Shown here in pieces: positions 38,679 through 47,648 of a stretch of DNA of 64,000 nucleotides. The stretch is from Giardia intestinalis (lineage: Eukaryota): the NCBI GenBank assembly GCA_000002435.2, contig CM018791.1. One strand, 5' to 3'. Position numbers and translations under genes: made by a program. The notes beneath the pieces were generated by a model. The model had not been told where the DNA came from. It searched no databases and saw nothing but the letters and a program-made list of their open reading frames with translations. Positions within the stretch are counted from its first letter, which is position 1, and the number at the start of each line of letters is the position of its first letter.

Positions 38679-41474
38679 ATGTCCAATGCCCAACTCCTTT
38701 GGTTTAATGCTGTCACATGCAATAGGATCGATGACGTTCGATATCATCTTCCCAAGTATGCAAAGACGTTTAATGAGCAGTCTGAGACTGCTCTTATGAT
38801 TGCTGTGCGACTGAATAACCTAGAGATGGCTACGATCCTGGCGGATACAGAAGCGACACTGACCAACTCTGATGGTCGTACTGCTCTCATGATAGCTGCT
38901 ATCTGCGGTCATGTCGAGATGGCGCGTCTTTTAGTAGAGCGGGAAGCACGAATTCAAGACAACTGTGGGATGACCGCGCTCATGTTTGCCATCCTTTGTG
39001 AGAATAAGCACGTAGTAGAGCTATTAGCTAGTTATGAATCAGGATTGTCGACACTGAAAGAGGTCATGGTAGGTCACCTTGATGATAATTATCTTGAACG
39101 AGAAGACAATGGCACGGATACACTTTCTGACAGCTCTTCTGTCCTATCTGCTCAAACACCTACATCCGTTACGTCAGACCGAGGAAGACGGAAAGTCGTT
39201 GTGCAACGAAAGAGGTTATCATGTAGCAGACACATAGCCCCATACTACTCTGTGCCCATAGGATACACGTCATTGCTATTTGCTATTCTATGCAAAGATG
39301 CCTACTCGGTGCAGCTTTTGAACTCAGAGCACCACATTTTAGTCTATGATCGACACAGGGATAGATTTATTACCCCATCCATTCTTGCCGTAGAACTAGG
39401 GCATATGGAGGTACTCAAAAGCCTTACCAGCCATGGACCAAGTCCTCTAACGGAGTCTGGACACTGTGCCCTGTACGTAGCTATTTTGCAAGGAAATATA
39501 GAGTGCATATCGCTGTTGTATGAATGCGAGAAGCACCTTCTTTCAGATGAGCGTATCTGCATGTCATCGGCGATGATTTGGTTAATAGAAAAGATAGTCG
39601 CATGTAATCCTACTTGCGAAGGCAATCCAATCTTCGTAGAATTTTTAAATAATTTGTTTAAATCAGATAACGCTCGGGAAAAAGACAGCCATGGAATGAC
39701 TCTTTTGCTAATGGGTGCAGCACTAAACTTACCTTGGCTTGTCCAGGCAATTCTAGACAGTGTTCCGGAAGCACTATGTGATACTGACAGTCAAGGGTGG
39801 ACTGCACTTCACTACGCAGCGGCAGCAGATAGTGTTGATACGGGGAAGTTGCTGCAGAAGAAACTCATAGGCAGCGTCGATATAAAAGGTTGTACGTCTC
39901 TTATGATTGCTGCTAAGCATGGCAGTTCTTCCATGATTAAGAGTCTTCGAAATGAAAGCACGCTGATTGACAGGCAAGGCCAAAGCGCCCTCATGCTACT
40001 TATCCAGGGAGCAGCTTCTTGTCCATGGCGGGAGCGACAAATTACAATACTAGAATCAGCACAATACATTCTTGAGGAGGAGGCAGGAATAATTAACGGT
40101 GCCTCGCGATCGGCTCTCATGCTTTCTGTCTGGCATCGGTTTTATGATCTAGCTCTCCGACTGACCGCCTATGAGAAGGGTCATCAAGATAAAAGCGGAC
40201 ACACAGCACTAATATTAGCTGTATACGTTGATTGTAGTAACGCTACACTACTTGAACGACTCAGCCAGATAGAGTCGTCACTAAGATTAAGCAATCAGTT
40301 TGGAGGCGGGAAAAGCCCTCTAATGCTTGCTATAGAGCGAGAAGCAAATCCTGTGCTACTGGATATCTTGTTGAAAAGCCAGCTTGCAACTGGCTTGATT
40401 GATGCAGCAGGCTGTAGTGCACTTATGTATGCCATAGAAAAGAAAAACACTGACCTAGGGCTACAGCTTGCACATGTTCCGGCCGAGCTAGGGCATGCAT
40501 GCTTTGCCAAAAGACAGACTGCTTTGATGAAGGCCATTCTTTCTAAACTAGATGATGTCGCAATTGTGCTTGCTTCTCGTGCGCTTGAGCTGCACAAGCA
40601 AGACTATAAAGGAAGAACGGCTCTGATGCATGCAATCGACTCTAAAAATGAAACGCTCGCCCTCATTTTGGCAGAGTCAGAGCAGAACCATCGTGACATC
40701 AACGGCAAAACAGCTCTTATTCATGCAATAGAAAGGAAGCCATCCCTCCTTTATAGGCTTAGACTGTGGGACGAGGTGCTATTATCTGATAACGATGGGC
40801 TAACACCCCTAGATTATGTAAAGCGACATCGCTCTGAACTGGTGCAGGTCAGAAATAGGCATACTAAAGCGGTTTCCACTCACAGCCTCACCGTTGACTT
40901 AATTGTGCACGGCATGGGAACACCGCTTACAGATCCCGTGAAGACATACAAGTACTTTAAGCAATACATGTACCGGGCCTATGACCGCATGGCCCTCTTT
41001 GCACGTCGGTTACTTACACGCCGGCAGGTCGATCGACATGCTAATGTCAGCAGAGAACATCTGACTAGTGGCTTGTCAGACAACACAGGTGTCGCTATTT
41101 CCCCGGCTCTAAGTCACAACATCATGCTCCAAGAAAGCCCAGTCATAAGCCAATGGTCCACGGGAATATTTCAGATAGCGAATATACTACTAGATATATT
41201 TGAATACGATTGGAATCAGCAGGTGTTTTGGGCCGATATCCCCAGCCTGCTTGATGAGTATTTGCAGACAATCAGAGCAATCGAAGGCAGTCACACTCTT
41301 AGAGATGATGAGCTCTATGAAGATTTTTGTTGTATCTGCATGGATGCTCCTGTGAAGACAGTCTTGATGCCGTGTAGACATGCCGTCCTGTGCGAGCATT
41401 GCAGCCTCAACATAAAAAAGATGTGCCCCATCTGTCGCCATACAGTCACTGATACGATAGAAATAGACCCATAA
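38679..41474 (+). CDS. Ankyrin-repeat protein with C-terminal C3HC4 RING finger (putative E3 ubiquitin ligase)
   Basis: 931 aa with ATG at 38679. More than 15 ankyrin repeats (SETALMIAVRLNNLEMATILADTEA, GRTALMIAAICGHVEMARLLVEREA, GMTALMFAILCENKHVVELLASYESG ...). The C-terminus CCICMDAPVKTVLMPCRHAVLCEHCSLNIKKMCPICRH matches a C3HC4 RING of the MIB/IAP-like short type. Confidence 0.85.
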   Translation: MSNAQLLWFNAVTCNRIDDVRYHLPKYAKTFNEQSETALMIAVRLNNLEMATILADTEATLTNSDGRTALMIAAICGHVEMARLLVEREARIQDNCGMTALMFAILCENKHVVELLASYESGLSTLKEVMVGHLDDNYLEREDNGTDTLSDSSSVLSAQTPTSVTSDRGRRKVVVQRKRLSCSRHIAPYYSVPIGYTSLLFAILCKDAYSVQLLNSEHHILVYDRHRDRFITPSILAVELGHMEVLKSLTSHGPSPLTESGHCALYVAILQGNIECISLLYECEKHLLSDERICMSSAMIWLIEKIVACNPTCEGNPIFVEFLNNLFKSDNAREKDSHGMTLLLMGAALNLPWLVQAILDSVPEALCDTDSQGWTALHYAAAADSVDTGKLLQKKLIGSVDIKGCTSLMIAAKHGSSSMIKSLRNESTLIDRQGQSALMLLIQGAASCPWRERQITILESAQYILEEEAGIINGASRSALMLSVWHRFYDLALRLTAYEKGHQDKSGHTALILAVYVDCSNATLLERLSQIESSLRLSNQFGGGKSPLMLAIEREANPVLLDILLKSQLATGLIDAAGCSALMYAIEKKNTDLGLQLAHVPAELGHACFAKRQTALMKAILSKLDDVAIVLASRALELHKQDYKGRTALMHAIDSKNETLALILAESEQNHRDINGKTALIHAIERKPSLLYRLRLWDEVLLSDNDGLTPLDYVKRHRSELVQVRNRHTKAVSTHSLTVDLIVHGMGTPLTDPVKTYKYFKQYMYRAYDRMALFARRLLTRRQVDRHANVSREHLTSGLSDNTGVAISPALSHNIMLQESPVISQWSTGIFQIANILLDIFEYDWNQQVFWADIPSLLDEYLQTIRAIEGSHTLRDDELYEDFCCICMDAPVKTVLMPCRHAVLCEHCSLNIKKMCPICRHTVTDTIEIDP

Positions 41475-41518
41475 GCGACTACTACCAGATACTCATCAAA
41501 TCCAGTAAAATAAATCAA

Positions 41519-42661
41519 ATGCTTCAGTTTTCGTCTGCAGAGGACCTGCGCACAAAGCTGACTCTCGCGACGATCGCAAGCAAGCACATTACAATAGAGA
41601 CACCCGGCTTGCGTTTAGAGGAGCATGAAGTAGCGTTTGCCAAGTTGATATGCGGTATTTCAGATGGAACAAGCCTGACCGTTTCTCCTACAGGGACTAG
41701 GATGGTTTTTAAGCCTGGCATGCTTCGCGGTGGTGACGTGACGTTCTCTTGCCCGCTGGAACGCGGTGTGGGCTACTATCTGGAGTATTTCGTTTTAATT
41801 GCAATGTTCTGCAAGTTTCAACTACGATTGACCCTTACGGGCGTAACGAATGACAATTACACACTTTCTGTAGACACGATAAGGGATGTAACCATTCCTC
41901 AAATAGCATTTTTCTGCGCTGACAAAGACGACATTTATCTGGATGTTAAGTCTCGTGGGTTCATGCCTGGAGGGGGAGGAGAAGTCACTCTTGTAGCTCG
42001 GCCACAGGACAAGCTAAAATCTGTCGACTACAGTAAGCTGTCGATTTTCGAAGAGGTGCGCGGGTGCTGTGTCTCAGCTAACCTGCCAACCGCCCTCCCC
42101 AACCGTGCAATCACTGCTGCAAAGGGTGAGATTCTAAAGGTCCTCGCAAACGTCCACGTGGCAGCAGACTATTGTCAGAAGAGACGCAGTGGGAACAGTC
42201 GCGGCTTTGGACTATCTCTCTGGGCAAAAACATACTCTGGAGCACTGGTCAGCGCAGACCTCTTCACAGATACTGTCACAGAGGATCTTGCTGATCCGGA
42301 GGCCATGGGGCTGTTTGTTGCACGGGTGCTCTTGCGGGAAATTCAGTACATGGGGGCTCCTGACCTTAGGCATCAGCCAATTATTCTGCTGTTCATGGCG
42401 TGTACCATTGAAGATGTGTCTAAGTGCAGGCTTGGACCGCTAACAGAGCGTTCTGTGCGGACTCTGCGTTTAATCTACGAGATATTAGGTGTGCGGTTTT
42501 CGCTGGAACCAGTCACAATTGCATTTGAAGAGGATTATGTCAGCGAAAAGGAGTGGCGAAGTGATAATGCACGAGATATAATGAAGACTAAGACCCTCGA
42601 TTTTGTCATTGCCATGTGCAGGGGAGCTGGAATTCGCAATATTAATAAGATGGGCTTCTGA
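41519..42661 (+). CDS. RNA 3'-terminal phosphate cyclase family protein (RCL1-like)
   Basis: 380 aa with ATG at 41519. The family pattern is LRTKLTLATIASKHITIETPGLRLEEHEVAFAKLICGISDGTSLTVSPTGTRMVFKPGMLRGGDVTFSCPLERGVGYYLEYFVLIAMFCKFQLRLTLTGVTN. The match is to the RtcA/RCL1 fold, and the size fits RCL1 (ribosome biogenesis). Confidence 0.8.
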   Translation: MLQFSSAEDLRTKLTLATIASKHITIETPGLRLEEHEVAFAKLICGISDGTSLTVSPTGTRMVFKPGMLRGGDVTFSCPLERGVGYYLEYFVLIAMFCKFQLRLTLTGVTNDNYTLSVDTIRDVTIPQIAFFCADKDDIYLDVKSRGFMPGGGGEVTLVARPQDKLKSVDYSKLSIFEEVRGCCVSANLPTALPNRAITAAKGEILKVLANVHVAADYCQKRRSGNSRGFGLSLWAKTYSGALVSADLFTDTVTEDLADPEAMGLFVARVLLREIQYMGAPDLRHQPIILLFMACTIEDVSKCRLGPLTERSVRTLRLIYEILGVRFSLEPVTIAFEEDYVSEKEWRSDNARDIMKTKTLDFVIAMCRGAGIRNINKMGF

Positions 42662-42798
42662 TTGAACTGCGGCTTAATTTCGGTTTACTGCAGTGCTCTA
42701 GTGAATTATATGGAAGATGTTTTTAGACACAGTTCATCAGACACATTTTAGTTACAGGGTTGAGACACATTTTAATTAAAAAATTTATAGCGTCCCCT

Positions 42799-44583
42799 AT
42801 GAGTTCAGCTTGCTCGTCTCGGGTAGAGTTCTTGGGGTCTGGTGACGAGTACGTTGGTATCAGTCAATCAGCAACCAACGACCTTATTTCAGGACACCCG
42901 CACCGATGCCGTGATGTCATAATGCAGGCAGAGAGTCTATCAGCCCAGGCAAGCACTCAACCCGACACTCCCTGGAGCACGCTGGCCCCCAGACCAGCCA
43001 TAGTAAGGGCTGCTGCCCCCCACCGCACACCCATCTATCTAACTGCATTTGTCGTCGTCCCTTGTTATCTACTCTACTCAATGATCTCGGCATCCTTTTC
43101 TACAAATCTACCGATAATTTCATCTTCTCTAAACATAGATATCTCTCAAGCGCAATGGATAATCCACACCGAGCTGATAGTCTGCTGCGGGTTCAGCGCC
43201 ATCGTCCCCAAGCTCTCGGAGCGCTTAGGGCTCAATAGGGTATTCTTGGCCGGTGCATTTCTCTTCGCAGTGGTGACGTTCCTTATGGGCTTTCTAGGCA
43301 ACAGCTATGCATCCATACTCGTTCTTCGCATCATATCTTCTATCGGCTTAGCTATGATGCTATCTCTAGCAAACACGATGGCATACTTCATGAGTCCCAG
43401 AAAAGATCTAAGCGTAGTACTAACAATATCTAATGTCTGCACACCAATCGGCCAGATTCTCTCTAGCTTTCTATCTGGGTGGATAGCATATTCGTCTAAG
43501 TGGCAATATATATACATACTTATAGGATGCCTATCCGCCGTTCACGCTGCCTATTCAGTTGTGTTATGCCCAAACTTTCCGACCACTCGAGGAGTGAAGT
43601 TCGATGTTGTTGGAACTCTGCTTATGGTAGCGTCCATCACACTTCTGATTTTTTCTCTTTCTGCCTCCACGGTGACTGTGCCATGGTGGGGAGTGACCAT
43701 CTGCTTCATTTTGGCTATTGTGTTCTTTATTCTGTTCGTCTTCTGGAACAAGCAGTGGTGCAAGAATCCGCTCTTTCCACCAACAGCGTTCAACAAGTCC
43801 GTTCTACTCAACATGTCTGCGTTGTGTATGATCTCTGCTTTTGGGTTTGGAGAGCGCTTCTTTCTCCCATACACAATAGTGATATTCTATAACTATTCCC
43901 GTCTATCTAATGGCGGCTTTCTGGTTATTGGTGGCGTACTGAGCATAATATTTTCGCCTCTCTTTAGTCTGAGTACGAAGCGGGTGGTCAGCCGACTGAT
44001 GCTAATGATGCTGAGCTTAATATCTTTGCTCCTAGTTCTCATCGAGGCGTTCTTTTTGCAAGAAAGTGTCGCGCTTCCGATAGTGTTCAGTAACCTGTGT
44101 CTTATCTGCTTTATCGGCTGCTTAATCACTGTGCAGACCACTGCAGTGGTTAACACACCGGTCATGTATATTTCGACTCTAGGGTCTCTAAATTCTATCA
44201 TGCTCAACTTTGGTCACTCACTGGGTGTGACCACGGCAGTCACGACGCAGAACGTTGTCGCAAAACTTGGCGGTGTTTCCAATACCAACCTTCCCAATTG
44301 GGATGCAGATCCCGGTGCCAGAACAGCCTACGGGCTCAGCTTGACATTTGGCATCCTCAGTTGTATCTCCTTCTCTATCACTCTATTCTTGCTGGCTATT
44401 TTCATGGGCGTACTGAAGAGTGATCGTGGCAAGTTGGGCTTCTCTGAAAGACGATTATCCAAAACAAAACATTTCAGCGAGAACATAAACAACAACGGGG
44501 AAATGATAGAAGTCCAAGAATCCAGTATAGCGTTTACATCTCAACAGGTCATAGCGTCATTGTTTCAGCCCAAGTTCATATAG
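42799..44583 (+). CDS. Major facilitator superfamily (MFS)-type transporter
   Basis: The track start at 42760 is TTG, and the first ATG is at 42799. There are 12-14 predicted hydrophobic helices. An MFS-like loop 2-3 motif (IVPKLSERLGLNRVFLAGAFL) is present, and the cytoplasmic tail is hydrophilic. Confidence 0.75.
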   Translation: MSSACSSRVEFLGSGDEYVGISQSATNDLISGHPHRCRDVIMQAESLSAQASTQPDTPWSTLAPRPAIVRAAAPHRTPIYLTAFVVVPCYLLYSMISASFSTNLPIISSSLNIDISQAQWIIHTELIVCCGFSAIVPKLSERLGLNRVFLAGAFLFAVVTFLMGFLGNSYASILVLRIISSIGLAMMLSLANTMAYFMSPRKDLSVVLTISNVCTPIGQILSSFLSGWIAYSSKWQYIYILIGCLSAVHAAYSVVLCPNFPTTRGVKFDVVGTLLMVASITLLIFSLSASTVTVPWWGVTICFILAIVFFILFVFWNKQWCKNPLFPPTAFNKSVLLNMSALCMISAFGFGERFFLPYTIVIFYNYSRLSNGGFLVIGGVLSIIFSPLFSLSTKRVVSRLMLMMLSLISLLLVLIEAFFLQESVALPIVFSNLCLICFIGCLITVQTTAVVNTPVMYISTLGSLNSIMLNFGHSLGVTTAVTTQNVVAKLGGVSNTNLPNWDADPGARTAYGLSLTFGILSCISFSITLFLLAIFMGVLKSDRGKLGFSERRLSKTKHFSENINNNGEMIEVQESSIAFTSQQVIASLFQPKFI

Positions 44584-44655
44584 TCAGATAAAATGCACGC
44601 ACGCACGCAACTAAGTGAACAAGTAAATGATTTGCACAGGGCTTACACGAATGTA

Positions 44656-45159
44656 CTACGTACTTACCGTGGGATCAGCTGCTGAGCTATCTCCTTTCTT
44701 CTCTGGGACACTGCCCTTGTCCTTGGGCTTAAGGCCCAGAGCCTGCAGTTGATTCGACAGAGTCTGGAGGGTCCAGAGCCTCTGCAGCAGGATGCAGAAG
44801 AGTCGTGTGCCTCCTATCAGAAGAATAATTAGATTAGGTATGACAATAAAGAGTATGGAACGGAAGTGGAGGGCTTCTACAAAAGCCTGGTTGTCTCCAT
44901 TGTAAAGTGCTTCACACTGCGCATAAAGGTTGTCCAATTTAGCATGGAACAGCACGATGGCAATAGTGACGAGGTTGTGAAAGATTAAAAAGCCAGTGTT
45001 GGAAATGCAACCCATCATCAGAAGCGAGAGGACGGCCCACGAAAGGGTAGTGAGTAGAAACATCTTGTTAGGCCCACCTTCCTGGTACATCAGTAGCAGC
45101 ATCTTGTGGAAGGAGATGCTGCATGTCTCATCCTTGACATCGACCCCTGGAGCCTCCAT
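44656..45159 (-). CDS. Small hypothetical membrane protein (about 4 TM helices)
   Basis: 167 aa with a verified ATG. Four hydrophobic segments (LLTTLSWAVLSLLMMGCI, FLIFHNLVTIAIVLF, ILFIVIPNLIILLIGGT ...). It sits between two convergent genes with 72-bp and 18-bp spacers. Confidence 0.5.
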   Translation of the reverse strand: MEAPGVDVKDETCSISFHKMLLLMYQEGGPNKMFLLTTLSWAVLSLLMMGCISNTGFLIFHNLVTIAIVLFHAKLDNLYAQCEALYNGDNQAFVEALHFRSILFIVIPNLIILLIGGTRLFCILLQRLWTLQTLSNQLQALGLKPKDKGSVPEKKGDSSAADPTVST

Positions 45160-45177
45160 ACAACCCTCACTAGCTCC

Positions 45178-45870
45178 TTAATTATTTAAGGTGCGCTGCA
45201 GCTTTTCCTCTAGTTGGTTATTTTCTGCGGCTAGCTCGTCAATCTCAGTATCTAGCTGCCGTGCCAGCTGGACCATACTAGCGCTCTGCTTCTTTTGATC
45301 AATTAATAGCTTGTTGCAGAAACTAGCGGCATTTGTCAACCTTTCAAGGCAAAAGCCCGTGGCCTCGTGGATTTCATAAATCGGTGCTGCGGCTGCATAC
45401 GCTGTCTTAGAGAAATCCTTACGAGCGTCTGCAAAACACTCGTCGGCAAGCTTGTTCAAACTGCACCGCATAACCCTTCGCAGCGCAGTCAACTGAGGCT
45501 TTGATGGAGTACTGCCCCAGGGCATATTCATTGTAGCATTCTTCGTTTTAAACGAAGAAACCATGTCACGAAAAGCTAAATATAAAAGATATTGTATCTC
45601 AAAACACCTATAGCAACTGCTAAAGCGTCTGGGGTTAAACATAGAAACTACCTGCTGCTCAAAGCTTTTTGTGCTCTTTGACATATGCATTTGAAACGGG
45701 TCAGCTTTGCGGTGTAGAGAGGCACCTTCTGTAGTCGAGATAGATGGGATTGCTCTTTTATCTGTAAGTACATGTGATAGCTTTTCTTGTTGTTGTACTC
45801 CTTTTACAGGTCTGCGTCGTTTAAAAACATCCATCGCCTGTACAACCGACGAGTCGGGGCGAGCTGTCAT
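45178..45870 (-). CDS. Hypothetical protein with C-terminal coiled coil
   Basis: The track start at 45900 is TTG, and the first ATG is at 45870 (230 aa). The C-terminus QLARQLDTEIDELAAENNQLEEKLQRTL is a leucine-zipper-like heptad. No family recognised. Confidence 0.5.
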   Translation of the reverse strand: MTARPDSSVVQAMDVFKRRRPVKGVQQQEKLSHVLTDKRAIPSISTTEGASLHRKADPFQMHMSKSTKSFEQQVVSMFNPRRFSSCYRCFEIQYLLYLAFRDMVSSFKTKNATMNMPWGSTPSKPQLTALRRVMRCSLNKLADECFADARKDFSKTAYAAAAPIYEIHEATGFCLERLTNAASFCNKLLIDQKKQSASMVQLARQLDTEIDELAAENNQLEEKLQRTLNN

Positions 45871-45913
45871 CGAGGTGAATCCTGTTTTTAAGAATTTCAA
45901 AAATCACGGTACA

Positions 45914-47638
45914 ATGACAAGCAGCAACCTCTGGTTTTCTGCTGCTCTCACAAATAATACGGAATACATCAAAGCAAATCTAGCCATTCATGCCCGCTCT
46001 GTGGATTCAACCGGGCAGACAGCCCTCATGATTGCTGCAAAGCATAATTGTGGAGCAGTTGCAACTCTTCTTGCGCCGCACGAAAGCTGTGCAGTTAACA
46101 GTGAGGGAAAGAATGCTATGATAATCGCTGCTGAACGAAACAATGTCGGTATCTGTCGCATCCTGCTATCCCACGAGGTGCATGCTACCGGGCCGAACGG
46201 TATCACCCCTCTTATGGCAGCGGCACTTCATGGGTCTTTAGATGTTGTTATTCTACTTACTCCGATACTTTGGGCCAAGTCTGACGAAGGTTATAAGACT
46301 GCACTCGATTACGCTTGTCTGCAAGATAAACTGGATGTACTGAAGTTCATGCTCGATAAAGTGCCCAGTGTAACTCCGAAGATGCTTCATAGTGCAAAGA
46401 CGACAGCTACCAATAGCAATAATGAGAAAGCTCTTGCGCTTTTGGTGGCGTATGAAAATAGTCCCGAGTACAAGGCAGCGGCATTTAGGCTCCAGCAGCG
46501 GTCTGTAATCAACTCTAGCATTCATGGATCTACCACTAAGGACAAACACACGTCAGGTCAGGACAGTATTCCCACAGAATTGCAAGCTTATCGGGATGAA
46601 AACGGCCGGTCACTACTGATCCTTGCTGTTCTTTCGGGTAACGACAAGGCTGTCCAGCATCTGCTGGGGTGCTCACGGGTTACAGACCACCAGGGGATGA
46701 CCGCACTCATGTATGCAACTATTCGGAACAATACGTCAATGATAAAACTCTTACTGCCACACGAAGTCACATGCAAGACAAAAGAAGGTATCACAGCTCT
46801 TATGTATGCCTCATACTTGAATCACGCAGAGCCTATTAAGCTCTTACTGCCTGCAGAAGCCAAGCTTTGCGATGGAAATGGGCGTACAGCTCTTATGTAT
46901 GCTGCTTTTGCCGGCAATGTTAACGCTGTCCGCGATCTTCTCCCTCTAGAGGGTGGTATGTGCGATAAGATAAACCGTACTGCGCTAATGTATGCTGCTC
47001 AGCGAGGGAATGATGAAGTAGTGGCGGTACTTAGAGACCTAGAGGCAGGGATGCGCACGACAATGGGGCTCTCTGCCTTGATGATAGCTAGCTTTTTCAA
47101 CTCAGTAGATTGCGTGAAGCTCCTTATAGAAAGAGAGAAGCAGCTACAAGTGGCGTACGATTCACGTAACGCTCTTTCAGGGTTCACTGCCCTGATGGCT
47201 GCTGCAAGCAATGGGTCATATAAAACAGCGTCGCTGTTGAAGGAAGTTGAGGCAGATATGTCAATCAAAAACACTCCCGTTACTGACGGAGCAGGCACCA
47301 CTGCCTTGATGCTTGCTGCCCAGTATGGATACGACTCTATCGTTAAGCTCTTGATAGCGAAAGAGGCTGGCAGGTATCGAGAGAGCGGGATGACTGCTCT
47401 TATGGATGCTTGCTCCAAGGGTAATTACGCCTGTGTGGACTACCTTCGGAAAGCGGAGTGTGGAATGAAACGTAATGATGGCAAGTGTGCGTTGATATTG
47501 GCCGTCAATGCCCGTGAGGAGCAGTGCGTAAGGATAATGGCCAAATATGAAAAGAAGCTGCGCGACTCCTCTGGCCACACAGCAGAGTACCATGCAAAGG
47601 TTGGCCAGTTTGAGGGGGCTATAGCGCTCCTTAAGTAA
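45914..47638 (+). CDS. Ankyrin-repeat protein (Protein 21.1-like)
   Basis: The track start at 45707 is TTG and overlaps the divergent gene. The first ATG is at 45914 (MTSSNLWFSAALTNNTEY...), 575 aa. About 15 repeats are present (GQTALMIAAKHNCGAVATLLAPHE, GMTALMYATIRNNTSMIKLLLPHE, GRTALMYAAFAGNVNAVRDLLPLEGG ...). Confidence 0.85.
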   Translation: MTSSNLWFSAALTNNTEYIKANLAIHARSVDSTGQTALMIAAKHNCGAVATLLAPHESCAVNSEGKNAMIIAAERNNVGICRILLSHEVHATGPNGITPLMAAALHGSLDVVILLTPILWAKSDEGYKTALDYACLQDKLDVLKFMLDKVPSVTPKMLHSAKTTATNSNNEKALALLVAYENSPEYKAAAFRLQQRSVINSSIHGSTTKDKHTSGQDSIPTELQAYRDENGRSLLILAVLSGNDKAVQHLLGCSRVTDHQGMTALMYATIRNNTSMIKLLLPHEVTCKTKEGITALMYASYLNHAEPIKLLLPAEAKLCDGNGRTALMYAAFAGNVNAVRDLLPLEGGMCDKINRTALMYAAQRGNDEVVAVLRDLEAGMRTTMGLSALMIASFFNSVDCVKLLIEREKQLQVAYDSRNALSGFTALMAAASNGSYKTASLLKEVEADMSIKNTPVTDGAGTTALMLAAQYGYDSIVKLLIAKEAGRYRESGMTALMDACSKGNYACVDYLRKAECGMKRNDGKCALILAVNAREEQCVRIMAKYEKKLRDSSGHTAEYHAKVGQFEGAIALLK

Positions 47639-47648
47639 CCATATATAG

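Noticed and set aside
38183-38707. 174-aa + strand ORF with a genuine ATG, overlapping the rhodanese gene
   Set aside because: No recognisable motif, whereas the antisense frame encodes a clear rhodanese fold with a CX5R loop. Long antisense ORFs are common in this compact genome.
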